The notes: generated from the letters alone by a model not told the origin. DNA of 64,000 nucleotides from Minisyncoccota bacterium (GCA_036399335.1 DASWNF010000014.1:108033-172032); one strand, 5' to 3'. Counted from the stretch's first letter, positions 7,832 through 17,113 are shown. Translations and numbers: made by a program.

Positions 7832-8185
7832 ATGAGTGAATCTTTTGTTCTTACGTCGACAGTCAGCTGGGCACGGTATTGGGCTCTCGTGGCCGTGCAC
7901 ATGGAGGTGAAATGCAATCCCTTAATCGCTCAAACGTGCCCGCACAAGGTCATTGTCGAACCCATCGAGAATAACGAGCGCAGCGTAATCGTTCGTGGCA
8001 TGTGCGAAGGGCAGCTCTTCAGGCTGGTTTGCCAGATTTTCCAAGTTCGCACCGGCGGGTGGCGCCTCGTGCGGATTCGTGGTTACGTCGGTACGAACAA
8101 CAACATAAACATGTCTCCCGTGAATTTCGAAGGGTACGAGGCGGCTTGGACGATCATGGAGCGAAATTATAACGAAGTCGACTAG
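7832..8185 (+). CDS. hypothetical protein (~117 aa)
   Basis: Start chosen at an internal ATG preceded by GGGAGG; followed by the terminator at 8199-8250. Confidence 0.4.
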   Translation: MSESFVLTSTVSWARYWALVAVHMEVKCNPLIAQTCPHKVIVEPIENNERSVIVRGMCEGQLFRLVCQIFQVRTGGWRLVRIRGYVGTNNNINMSPVNFEGYEAAWTIMERNYNEVD

Positions 8186-8198
8186 GCCCTGCCTATTC

Positions 8199-8250
8199 AG
8201 AGCCCTGACGGAGAGCCCTCTTGCTCTGCATCAGGGCTCTTCTAATTTTA
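8199..8250 (+). terminator. rho-independent terminator
   Basis: AGAGCCCTGA...TCAGGGCTCT stem followed by TCTAATTTTA. Confidence 0.45.
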
Positions 8251-8274
8251 AGTTGGCAGACTAGGTTTCGAACT
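8251..8274 (+). repeat. variant copy K of the repeat family: GTTGGCAGACTAGGTTTCGAACTC
   Basis: J/K subfamily (TTGCTGGCAGAyTAGGTTTCGAAC); marks the right border of the low-GC island, just upstream of yebC. Confidence 0.5.
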
Positions 8275-8312
8275 CACCTCCTTCTACGTATACGCTTTGG
8301 TATACTCCAACC

Positions 8313-8873
8313 ATGTCAGGACACAGCAAATGGGCGCAGATAAAGCGGCAGAAAGGCGTCACGGACGCAGCGCGCAGCCGCGTATTCTCTAAATTCGCGC
8401 GGCTTATCACCATTGAAGCAAAAAAGTCGGGAGGCAATGCATCAGCACCCGGACTGCTCGCCGTCATCGCGCGCGCAAAGGCGGCGAATATGCCCAAGGA
8501 CAACATCGAACGCGCGGTCACGAAGGGCGCATCGAAAGAAGCCGGGGACTTGCACGAGGTTACCTACGAATTCTACGGTCCGGGTGGCGCTGCCGTTATC
8601 GTAAACGCCCTCACGGACAACAGGAACCGCACGACGCAGGAAATAAAACACCTTCTCACGAAGAATAACTTCGAGCTCGGCACCCCGGGAAGCGCTACGT
8701 GGGCCTTTAAGAAGAATCCAGACGGTTCCTTCACGCCGAACGAACCGTTGATGGACGTCGCGGGCGACGACGAGGAAGCGCTCGGCCGCCTGCTCGAGGC
8801 GTTCGACGAACACGAGGACGTACAGAACGTCGTGACGAATGCGCGCGGGTACGAGAACACGAGCGATGAGTAG
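8313..8873 (+). CDS. yebC: YebC/PmpR-family transcriptional regulator
   Basis: MSGHSKWAQIKRQKG N-terminus diagnostic of YebC; precedes ruvC as in many bacteria; TATACT -10 box 6 nt before ATG. Confidence 0.85.
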   Translation: MSGHSKWAQIKRQKGVTDAARSRVFSKFARLITIEAKKSGGNASAPGLLAVIARAKAANMPKDNIERAVTKGASKEAGDLHEVTYEFYGPGGAAVIVNALTDNRNRTTQEIKHLLTKNNFELGTPGSATWAFKKNPDGSFTPNEPLMDVAGDDEEALGRLLEAFDEHEDVQNVVTNARGYENTSDE

Positions 8874-8879
8874 TCCTGT

Positions 8880-9356
8880 ATGAGGGTGCTCGGCATAGAC
8901 CCGGGGTATGACCGGCTCGGCATGGCCGTGCTTGAAGGCGACCCGAGCCGCCCGACATTAGTCTGGAGCGAATGCGTGCTTCCAGAAAAGGGAAACCCTG
9001 AAGCCCGGCTTGCGCGCGTGTATGCCGAAGTCGCCAGCGCCCTCACGACCTATGCTCCCGATGTGCTCGCCATCGAGACCCTCTTTTTCAGTACCAATAA
9101 GAAGACGGCGCTCGCCGTGGCCGAGGCGCGTGGCGCCATACTCGCAGCTGCGGGTATGGCGCACATTCCCGTGCGCGAATTCTCCCCCGGACAAGTAAAG
9201 CTTGCGGTTACCGGCCACGGCGCCGCCGATAAGGCCGCGATTGCACGCATGCTTCCCCATCTCCTCACCCTCCCGCCAAAGAAGCGGCTTGATGACGAGC
9301 TCGATGCCATGGCGGTCGCGCTTGCCGGACTCGCAGCAAGGCTTCCCTCACGCTAG
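8880..9356 (+). CDS. ruvC: crossover junction endodeoxyribonuclease RuvC
   Basis: MRVLGIDPG...AIE...DAMAVAL catalytic motifs of RuvC. Confidence 0.85.
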   Translation: MRVLGIDPGYDRLGMAVLEGDPSRPTLVWSECVLPEKGNPEARLARVYAEVASALTTYAPDVLAIETLFFSTNKKTALAVAEARGAILAAAGMAHIPVREFSPGQVKLAVTGHGAADKAAIARMLPHLLTLPPKKRLDDELDAMAVALAGLAARLPSR

Positions 9357-9463
9357 CCGCTATCCACACACCAAGCGCCGAAAATGGGCTTGCAAATCAA
9401 CTCGCTTTTGTTCAAATAGAGAGGCTTCGAACGCGGGGCACATATTAGTATTAGCAACGGCGT

Positions 9464-9631
9464 ATGGATGAAGAAGAAGAGGAAACCCTTGATATCGATG
9501 ATGCAGCAGTAGTGCTCGGTGATGAGGACGAGGATGAAGACGATGACGACACGGAAGAAGTGCCCGAAGGCTTCCACGAAGTCGACCCCTTCATCGGCGG
9601 CGTCGCCCCAGACGAGGAAGAACCAGTCTAA
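9464..9631 (+). CDS. small highly acidic hypothetical protein (55 aa)
   Basis: Uninterrupted ORF MDEEEEETLDIDD...; followed by a strong terminator hairpin at 9632-9663; not in the ORF track (<60 aa). Confidence 0.35.
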   Translation: MDEEEEETLDIDDAAVVLGDEDEDEDDDDTEEVPEGFHEVDPFIGGVAPDEEEPV

Positions 9632-9673
9632 ACAAACGGCCCCGCACGGGGCCGTTTGTGTTAGGATAAACGC

Positions 9674-11938
9674 ATGAAAAAAGCCAAGAAAGGCCTTGGT
9701 TCCCTCCTCCACAGCTCACATCCGTTCGTACGGCTGGGCTTCGTGGCAGTCGGTATCGCACTCGTCTTCTTGGGCGGGAGCATCCTCTGGGTAGCCTTTA
9801 CGCCAATCCCCGCACTTAATACGTTCGACCCGTCCAAGGTCGCGATGTCGACCAAGATTTACGACCGGACCGGCAAGACCGTGCTCTACGACCTCAACCG
9901 TGACATGCGCCGCACGATCGTCCCGCTTTCGGACGTCTCCCCCAACCTCCAGAAGGCGACCCTCGCCATCGAGGACTCCGATTTCTATTCGCACGGCGGC
10001 ATCAGCATCACCGGTACGGCCCGCGCCCTCCTTACGGACGTCGTAAGCATGTCATTCGCCCAAGGTGGCTCAACCATCACCCAGCAGGTGGTGAAAAACA
10101 CCATCCTGACCGGGAAGAAGAGCGTCATCCGCAAGGCGCAGGAATGGATTCTCGCCATCCGCTTCGAGGGTGAGTACACCAAGGATGAGATCCTTGAGTT
10201 CTATTTCAACGTATCGCCGTACGGCGGTACGCTCTACGGCGCCGAGGCTTCGAGCCGCGCCTTCTTCGGGAAGAGCGCGAAAGACCTCACCCTCGCCGAA
10301 GCTGCATATATGGCTTCCATCCCCCAGCGCCCGACCTACTACTCCCCGTACGGGAATAACCGCGAAGCGCTCGATGAAAGGAAGAACCTCGTGCTCGCCC
10401 GCATGCTAAAACTCGAGCAGATCACTAAAGAGGAGCATGACGCGGCGCGGAACGAAAAGGTTGCCTTCAGCCGCCAGCAGAACAACTCCATCATCGCGCC
10501 GCACTTCGTCTTTTACATCGAACAGCAGCTCGAGGAGATGTACGGCCCCGAGGTCGCGAACCAGGGCTATAGTGTTATCTCGACCCTGGACGTCGACCTC
10601 CAGCGTGAGGCCGACACCATCGTGAACCGCCACGCAATTGCGAATACCTCGCGCTTTAATGCAAGCAATGCGGCGCTCGTCGCCATCGACCCGAAGACGG
10701 GGCAGGTGCTCGCCATGGTCGGCTCTCGCGACTACTTCGATAAGGAGATTGACGGTAACTTCAATGCTGCGCTCGCGCTCCGGCAGCCGGGCTCGGCCTT
10801 TAAGCCGTTCGTGTATGCCGCAGCTATCGCCAAGGGCTACACGCGCGACACCATTGTCTTCGACCTCCCGACACAGTTCTCGACGACCTGTTCCCCAGCG
10901 GACAACCAGAACGGCGAACCGCCGTGCTACGCCCCAGGTAACTTCGACGACAAGTTCCGCGGCCCGATGACCTTCACGACGGCGCTTGCGCAGTCGATCA
11001 ATATTCCGGCCGTGAAGATCCTCTACCTCGCAGGCATCCCGAACGTGCTCACGCTCGCAAAGAGCATGGGGCTCAATACGCTCGGCGAACCCCGCGACTA
11101 CGGGCTCTCCCTTGCGCTCGGTGCAGCCGAGGTACGCCTCCTCGACCTGACGGCCGCCTTCGCGGGCTTCGGTAACGAGGGCATGGTGAATAAGCCGTAC
11201 GGCATATTGAGTGTGTCTGATGCCGCCGGGAAGACGCTTGATGACTTCAAGCCGGAGCCCAAGCGCGCCATCGACCCTGAGGTAGCGCGCGAAGTTTCCT
11301 ACATGCTTTCAAATAACGCCGCGAGAGAGAACGCAGTGAACCCATTCAACTTCCCTGGGTATGATGTGGCAGCGAAGACCGGTACGACGAACGAGTCGCG
11401 TGACGTATGGACCGTCGGGTACACGCCGTCTATCGCCATCGGTGTCTGGGCCGGAAACAACAACAACGCGCCCATGGTGAAGCAGACGGCCGGCTTCATC
11501 GTCGCGCCTATGTGGAATGAGGTCATGCGGTACGCGCTCGGTAAGTACCCGCAGGAATTCTTCAGCGCGCCGCCCGAGATACCGGCTGACGCCCCTGCAG
11601 CGCTCCGTGGCGTGTACTCGGGCCCGACGGGCGTCCACGACATCCTCCACTGGGTGAATAAGGACAACCCGCGCTCCGGCGGCTCATCACAAGGCGATGG
11701 CCAGTACCGCTACTGGGAATACCCTCTTTCGGGATGGTTTGTAGGTGGCATGCCGGACCCTAACGCAACGACGACTGCGTCAACGACACCAAGCTTCGAC
11801 TTCCTCTTCGAAGGCGAACCTGACGGCGATGGCGGCCAAGGGGATCCCGGAGACAACGGCAACAACGGGAACGGTGACGGAAACGGTAATGGCGACCCTC
11901 CCCGGCGCCCAGAGGACGACGCCGAAGACGCCGCCTAA
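9674..11938 (+). CDS. class A penicillin-binding protein (PBP1A-type glycosyltransferase/transpeptidase)
   Basis: 754 aa; N-terminal TM; GT51 motifs (EDSDFYSHGG, GGSTITQQ); transpeptidase motifs SAFK, SNN, KTGT; low-complexity G/N/D tail. Confidence 0.9.
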   Translation: MKKAKKGLGSLLHSSHPFVRLGFVAVGIALVFLGGSILWVAFTPIPALNTFDPSKVAMSTKIYDRTGKTVLYDLNRDMRRTIVPLSDVSPNLQKATLAIEDSDFYSHGGISITGTARALLTDVVSMSFAQGGSTITQQVVKNTILTGKKSVIRKAQEWILAIRFEGEYTKDEILEFYFNVSPYGGTLYGAEASSRAFFGKSAKDLTLAEAAYMASIPQRPTYYSPYGNNREALDERKNLVLARMLKLEQITKEEHDAARNEKVAFSRQQNNSIIAPHFVFYIEQQLEEMYGPEVANQGYSVISTLDVDLQREADTIVNRHAIANTSRFNASNAALVAIDPKTGQVLAMVGSRDYFDKEIDGNFNAALALRQPGSAFKPFVYAAAIAKGYTRDTIVFDLPTQFSTTCSPADNQNGEPPCYAPGNFDDKFRGPMTFTTALAQSINIPAVKILYLAGIPNVLTLAKSMGLNTLGEPRDYGLSLALGAAEVRLLDLTAAFAGFGNEGMVNKPYGILSVSDAAGKTLDDFKPEPKRAIDPEVAREVSYMLSNNAARENAVNPFNFPGYDVAAKTGTTNESRDVWTVGYTPSIAIGVWAGNNNNAPMVKQTAGFIVAPMWNEVMRYALGKYPQEFFSAPPEIPADAPAALRGVYSGPTGVHDILHWVNKDNPRSGGSSQGDGQYRYWEYPLSGWFVGGMPDPNATTTASTTPSFDFLFEGEPDGDGGQGDPGDNGNNGNGDGNGNGDPPRRPEDDAEDAA

Positions 11939-12189
11939 CGAAGCTCCATCACTTGAATACCGTCTCGGTTGAGGCGGTTTTTCAATGCGTCGAGATTGAG
12001 GAGTATGGCCGACTTAAGGACGGGCGGCACGCTAAGCACCAGGCGGCCATCCGTATGCGTGACCTGGCTTGGGGTTATGGGTACGCCCGTGACGGCGGTG
12101 ACTGCCTCCGCAACCATTTGCCTGATCCCTGCCTCCCGAAGGCCGGGCATTGGGTGCCGGGCGAGGATGTCCTTGATGGAGAATTCCAT
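11935..12189 (-). CDS. DUF721 (DciA-like) protein
   Basis: 84 aa; composition and size like DUF721 proteins that typically sit beside dnaA/dnaN/recF; assignment from motif memory only. Confidence 0.4.
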   Translation of the reverse strand: MEFSIKDILARHPMPGLREAGIRQMVAEAVTAVTGVPITPSQVTHTDGRLVLSVPPVLKSAILLNLDALKNRLNRDGIQVMELR

Positions 12190-12252
12190 GCCTCTAGCAT
12201 ACCTGCCTACTCAAGGAGAACGAAGTGATTAAAAACGGAGGTAGTCCGGGGG

Positions 12253-12810
12253 TTATACGAGGCCGCTTTGCAGCAGCTTTTTAGTAAACCGGTGCATTTG
12301 GGGATCGAGGATTGCTGGGTCAGCAGCTAGCACTTCTTCGTATCCAAACCATCGGTAGCCATGGAATTCGCTTGTGTCGAAAGTAATATGCTGCCTTGAG
12401 TCCCCTTTCACTACATACCAGAAACTCACGTCGGTATGCCCTGCAGTTAAGCCAACAGTAACCGTACGCGTGAGGAAGATTGGTAACTCAGAAATAAAGT
12501 CTGCATTTATATTAAGTTCTTCTTGTATTTCTCGCTCAACTGTCGTTTTTGGATGCTCGCCCTTCTCGACGTGCCCGCCGCTTGGCAGCCAAAGGCAGGC
12601 TTTAATATGGTCCATAAGCAGAATCTTTTTTGCCTCTGGATCTACAACAACAAAGTATGAAACAAGATGTTTGGGTGGCACGTCTGGTTTCTCAATGCGA
12701 AATATCTCTACTTCGCTCTCGATCCAATTAACAGCATCGGTAATTGTTTGCTTCTCTAGATCATCATATGGGCTTATGGCCCGTATGAGTGCGTGTATTT
12801 GCTCTCTCAT
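12253..12810 (-). CDS. NUDIX hydrolase
   Basis: Nudix box GGHVEKGEHPKTTVEREIQEELN. Confidence 0.8.
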   Translation of the reverse strand: MREQIHALIRAISPYDDLEKQTITDAVNWIESEVEIFRIEKPDVPPKHLVSYFVVVDPEAKKILLMDHIKACLWLPSGGHVEKGEHPKTTVEREIQEELNINADFISELPIFLTRTVTVGLTAGHTDVSFWYVVKGDSRQHITFDTSEFHGYRWFGYEEVLAADPAILDPQMHRFTKKLLQSGLV

Positions 12811-12827
12811 CAGGTTAGAGACTGGAC

Positions 12828-13928
12828 CTACTGGTTCATCGGCATCACGAGGTAGAGGAAGGTGTTGTCACCGACGCCGCGGATGACGAGCGGGCGGCCG
12901 ATGCCGGCGGACGAAAGAGAAAGGTTCTCGCTCGTGATAAGCGAAAGCGGCGCTGAAAGGTACCGATGGTTGAAGGAGAGTTCGATAGGTTCGCCCGTGA
13001 GTGAGGAAGTGACGCTTTCATTCGACTCTCCGACATCACTGTTACGCGCCGAAAAGAACAACTGTTTATCCGGGACGGAGAAGCTGACGCGGATCTTCTG
13101 GAATGAGTCGGAGAAGACGGCGGTACGGCGAAGGACGGCCTCGAAGTCTTTCTTGAGGACGGTGGCCTCGCAGGAGAACGACTTCGGGATGATCTGGGTG
13201 TAGTCAGGATACGGCACGGTCACGAGACGGGTCGTCACGAGGCCGGTGTTCCAAGAAAAGGCGCATTGGTGCTCGTCGATAAGCACTTCCACATTATCGT
13301 CCGGTATGGTCTGGACGATATCGAGTGCATTCTTCGCGGGAATGAGTATTGAGAAGGGGGTGATCGACCCTGATACGGGCATGCGCTTCTCCGCCAGGCG
13401 GAAGGAGTCGGTCGCGACGGCCTTTATCGTCCCTGCTTCAGCTGAAAGGAGTACACTTCCGAGCTCAGGGCGCACTGTCGACGGTGAAGCATATGCGGCA
13501 ACCGCCCCGACAAGCGCCCGAAGTGAACTTCCCGCGAGCGAAAATTTGGTCTTACCTGCGTCCGGAAGCGGCAGTGTAGGGAAATCCTCGTAGGCAAGGG
13601 TCTTGAGGGTGCTCTTGCCCGCTTTTGAGCCGAGGATGACTGTTTCTCCCGTATGCTCAAGTTTGATTAACCCCGTGTCCGTGAACGACCCGGTTATCTC
13701 GCGAAGGGTGGTTGCAGGAAGGACGACTACACCCGGAGTCTCAATCGTTCCATTCACCCGCAAATCGATTCCCGTCTCAAGGTTTGTTGCGCGAAGCTTG
13801 ATACCGTCGTCACCCGCAATGATGGCGATACCTGCGAGAACCGGGAGTGTTGCTGAACGACGTTCTGCAAATCGTGCGACCCGAAGAACAGCTTCCGCGA
13901 ATTCCTTCTTTTCTAAAGTGATAACCAT
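12828..13928 (-). CDS. dnaN: DNA polymerase III beta sliding clamp
   Basis: 366 aa three-domain clamp; immediately downstream of dnaA. Confidence 0.9.
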   Translation of the reverse strand: MVITLEKKEFAEAVLRVARFAERRSATLPVLAGIAIIAGDDGIKLRATNLETGIDLRVNGTIETPGVVVLPATTLREITGSFTDTGLIKLEHTGETVILGSKAGKSTLKTLAYEDFPTLPLPDAGKTKFSLAGSSLRALVGAVAAYASPSTVRPELGSVLLSAEAGTIKAVATDSFRLAEKRMPVSGSITPFSILIPAKNALDIVQTIPDDNVEVLIDEHQCAFSWNTGLVTTRLVTVPYPDYTQIIPKSFSCEATVLKKDFEAVLRRTAVFSDSFQKIRVSFSVPDKQLFFSARNSDVGESNESVTSSLTGEPIELSFNHRYLSAPLSLITSENLSLSSAGIGRPLVIRGVGDNTFLYLVMPMNQ

Positions 13929-14170
13929 GAAATGCTTATTATTAGGGGTGTTGATACTGGGGAAACGAAACTCTATCCAGTATATATGCCGCGTAAGGGT
14001 CTGCCCACGAACTGATAACTCGGTTGCTGCACGACTTCTGCTTGGGGAGAACTATAAGCCCGTAAAAGCTTGCGTGGATAAGTAGTGGTGATTTTCATGA
14101 CTTGTACCCACCTATCCACTGAGCTTTTCATTGTTTATTCATAACTTCTCCCCAGCCTTATGCCTCTTGC
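13929..14170. promoter_or_regulatory. dnaA-dnaN intergenic region with DnaA-box-like sites (candidate oriC)
   Basis: CTTATCCAC (complement of GTGGATAAG), CTATCCACT and CTATCCAGT resemble the TTATCCACA consensus; AT-rich. Confidence 0.45.
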
Positions 14171-15544
14171 TTAAACAAGGAGGCTGCGTATGTCCTGAAT
14201 CTCCTTCGCGAGTTCAGCATCGTTAACGATTTCCCGCTTCACTTTCTCGCACGAATGGATGACGGTCGTATGGTCGCGTCCGCCAAGCTTGCTGCCGATG
14301 GTCGGGTACGAGACGCTGAAGTCCTCACGGAGGATATACATGATGACCTGGCGAGGCCGCACCACTTCCCTGCGGCGGGTCTTCTCATAGATACTGTCTT
14401 CCTCAATGCCGTAGAACTCGGCGATCTTTGAGACGACATGTTTCACTGAGACGGTCTTGGTAGGCCGCGAGAATGAGCGGAGCGATTGGCGCACCTCGGC
14501 AAGGTCGGGCGGTATGCCCTTTACCTGCGTATGGCAGACAATCGAATTGATGACGCCCTCGAGCTCGCGAATAGAGCCTGATACGGAGGTCGCAATGAAC
14601 TCTACCGCCTCTTCAGCGAGCGTAATGCCTTGGGAAGCGAGCTTCTTCCGCACGATGGCAATACGGGATTCGGCGTCAGGCTCGCTGATATCGACCGTCA
14701 TGCCGCTCGCAAGGCGCCCGCGAAGGCGATCGGCGATATCAGGAATCGCTACCGGTGCCCTATCGGAGGAGAAGACGATCTGCTTGTTGTTGTCGTAGAG
14801 GGAGTTAAAGAGGTGGAAGAGCTCCTCCTGGAACTTGTCCTTCTTCGAGAAGAACTGGACGTCGTCGATGATGAGGAGGTCATACCCGCGGTACTTATCC
14901 TTAAAGCGGTTTGCCGTCCCGAGCTGGAGGGAGTCGGTGAACTCGTTTCCGAACCGGTCCGAGGTCAGGTAATAGACCTTCCGGGAGGGATAGAGCTTCT
15001 TGTACTGGTTCCCTATCGCCTGGATAAGGTGGGTCTTGCCGCGGCCGGTATCCCCGTAGATGAAGAGCGGGTTGTAGGTAATGCCGGGGCGATGAAGCGC
15101 TGCCTGGGCAGCCGTATAGGCGAGCTCGTTGAAGGGGCCGACGACGAAGGTGTCGAAGGTATAGCGCGGGTTGAGGTTGTCGCTCTTATTAATGTAGAAG
15201 TCGTTTAGCGGGAGCTCGGTGTTTGGCACCGGAGCGCGGCGTACTTCCTTGGGTTTTCGGGATGCGTCCTTCACTATCGTGTACTCGATATTGCGGTACT
15301 CGTATGAGACCCCACGCAAGATCTTGAGAAGGAGCGTGTGGAACTTCTTGAGGTACCAGTCGCGGAAGAACTGGCTCGGTACGCCGATGTAGACGATACC
15401 GTCCTCTATCTTCTGGATCGAACTCTCACGGAACCAGGTGTTGAAGTTGGCGGGCGAGATGGAGAGCTCGACCTGGGTGAGCATGAATTCCCATAACTCA
15501 TGCGGGTCAGAACGGTTAACAACGTTAGAAAGGGTGAGACTCAT
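14171..15544 (-). CDS. dnaA: chromosomal replication initiator DnaA
   Basis: 457 aa; AAA+ Walker A GDTGRGKTHL; C-terminal DNA-binding domain; canonical synteny. Confidence 0.95.
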   Translation of the reverse strand: MSLTLSNVVNRSDPHELWEFMLTQVELSISPANFNTWFRESSIQKIEDGIVYIGVPSQFFRDWYLKKFHTLLLKILRGVSYEYRNIEYTIVKDASRKPKEVRRAPVPNTELPLNDFYINKSDNLNPRYTFDTFVVGPFNELAYTAAQAALHRPGITYNPLFIYGDTGRGKTHLIQAIGNQYKKLYPSRKVYYLTSDRFGNEFTDSLQLGTANRFKDKYRGYDLLIIDDVQFFSKKDKFQEELFHLFNSLYDNNKQIVFSSDRAPVAIPDIADRLRGRLASGMTVDISEPDAESRIAIVRKKLASQGITLAEEAVEFIATSVSGSIRELEGVINSIVCHTQVKGIPPDLAEVRQSLRSFSRPTKTVSVKHVVSKIAEFYGIEEDSIYEKTRRREVVRPRQVIMYILREDFSVSYPTIGSKLGGRDHTTVIHSCEKVKREIVNDAELAKEIQDIRSLLV

Positions 15545-15818
15545 GCGCGCAGAAACGTATTACCTGATAAGAACCCGTATCCTGAATCGTAAGCGCGTAC
15601 TTTCTACCGGGGTTCATCGTTTCCAAAGTATACGCAGGTTTTTTCTTTAGTGAAGTTTTAGGGAATTTCTTACCCACCTGAGCGCAAGCTGTTATTAACC
15701 TGTGGATATCCTTAAATCCCGAGCCATGAATACCAGGTTTTATTGCCCCAAAACGTAATTTGTGGGAGAATGCTCGAAATTAACCATTCCCGACCTCAAA
15801 GCCGGATTTTAGAGATAT
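15545..15818. promoter_or_regulatory. rpmH-dnaA intergenic region with DnaA-box-like sites and an AT-rich stretch (candidate oriC or dnaA promoter region)
   Basis: TGTGGATAT (8/9 to TGTGGATAA) and TTACCCACC; A/T-rich segment near 15640-15700. Confidence 0.45.
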
Positions 15819-15971
15819 ATGCCTAAGCGAACGTACCAACCGAAGAAAAGGAAGCGCGCCCGAACCCACGGTTTCCTTGCCCGTACCGCGACCCCTGGAG
15901 GGCGCCGCGTGCTTCTTGCCCGCCGCCGCAAAGGACGCGCAAGCCTGACGGTTTCGAAGAAAGTAAGGTAA
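15819..15971 (+). CDS. rpmH: 50S ribosomal protein L34
   Basis: 50 aa [45 protein letters not shown]; not in the ORF track (<60 aa); directly upstream of rnpA. Confidence 0.9.
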   Translation: MPKRTYQPKKRKRARTHGFLARTATPGGRRVLLARRRKGRASLTVSKKVR

Positions 15972-15977
15972 TACGCC

Positions 15978-16304
15978 ATGTTTCCGCGTAAGCTTCGGCT
16001 TTCTCGTCGCGGTTTCGAGTCGGCTCGCGGCCTCAATAGGGCGGCGAGCCGTTACTTTTCTGTCTCCCACGGTCCCGCTCCCGAGGAAGGAGGTGCTGCC
16101 GTCGTAGTCTCAAAGAAGGTGGCGCGCCTCTCGGTTATGCGCCATCTCCTAAGGCGACGGGTCATGGCCGTCGCCCGCCCGTACGCGTCCCCCGAGCGAG
16201 CGCTTATCATCCATGTGCGTCCGGGTGCCGGGCAGGTGGCCTTCCCTCTGCTTCGGGATGAGCTTATTGGGCTATTACGGTCTATACTACCTGCACAACC
16301 ATAA
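15978..16304 (+). CDS. rnpA: RNase P protein component
   Basis: 108 aa basic protein; conserved rpmH-rnpA-yidC order. Confidence 0.85.
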   Translation: MFPRKLRLSRRGFESARGLNRAASRYFSVSHGPAPEEGGAAVVVSKKVARLSVMRHLLRRRVMAVARPYASPERALIIHVRPGAGQVAFPLLRDELIGLLRSILPAQP

Positions 16305-16313
16305 CGTCCCTCT

Positions 16314-17060
16314 ATGTTTTCTGCGTTTTTCCACAACTTCCTCTACGCCCCAATCTATAACCTGCTCGTATTCCTCGTAGGCCTCGTTCCTGGAGGAGAT
16401 GTCGGCCTTGCCGTCATCATCGCTACGGTCATCGTGAAGCTCATTATCATGCCGCTTTCCTTGCGCGCCGTACGGACGCAGCGCCAAATGAAGCTCATCG
16501 AGCCCCAGCTGAGGGCACTCAAGGAAACCCACAAGAATGACCGCGAGCGCCAGGCAAAGGAAATGCTTACGCTTTACCGTGAGCACAACATCCGCCCGTT
16601 CGCGAGCATCCTGGGCATCCTGATCCAGCTCCCTATAATCGTTGCGCTCTACTTCGTCTTTAGCCGTGAAGCGCTTCTTAATATTGATCCGTCGCTCCTC
16701 TATAGTTTCGTCGGCGTGCCGGAAACCATCTCTCCGCTCTTCCTCGGTACGTTCGTGGTCACCGGCTCAAGCGTTATCCTCGCCGTTCTCGCCGGCCTTG
16801 CACAGGCGGCACACGCCCGCCTATCCGTTCCTGTCCCAGACGCACCGGCAGCGGGAGCAGTGCGAAGCATGGGTGACGACTTCGGCCGGATCATGGCGAT
16901 GCAGGCGCGCTACATCCTCCCGGTTATCGTGGTGGTCATCGCCTACATAACCTCGGGCGCCGTTGCCCTCTATTTCATAACGAGCAGCCTGGTTGGCCTT
17001 CTCCAGGAGTGGGTGGTGCGAAGGATGAAGCATCCGGAGTCCCCTTCTTCGGCTGCGTAA
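16314..17060 (+). CDS. yidC: membrane protein insertase YidC (short, Gram-positive/Oxa1-like form)
   Basis: 248 aa; 5 TM helices; conserved after rnpA. Confidence 0.85.
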   Translation: MFSAFFHNFLYAPIYNLLVFLVGLVPGGDVGLAVIIATVIVKLIIMPLSLRAVRTQRQMKLIEPQLRALKETHKNDRERQAKEMLTLYREHNIRPFASILGILIQLPIIVALYFVFSREALLNIDPSLLYSFVGVPETISPLFLGTFVVTGSSVILAVLAGLAQAAHARLSVPVPDAPAAGAVRSMGDDFGRIMAMQARYILPVIVVVIAYITSGAVALYFITSSLVGLLQEWVVRRMKHPESPSSAA

Positions 17061-17068
17061 CCCGGCAT

Positions 17069-17110
17069 AAAAAGAAAAGGCGGCGCCCAGAGGGCGCCGC
17101 CTTTTCTTTT
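17069..17110. terminator. bidirectional rho-independent terminator between yidC and the T4SS-like operon
   Basis: AAAAAGAAAAGGCGGCGCCCagagGGCGCCGCCTTTTCTTTT. Confidence 0.7.
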
Positions 17111-17113
17111 TAC

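Noticed and set aside
8243-8304. Repeat copies J/K (…AGGTTTCGAAC…) considered as tRNA 3'-end fragments marking a tRNA-targeted island
   Set aside because: Neither strand folds into a T-arm plus acceptor stem with a discriminator; no adjacent 5' half.
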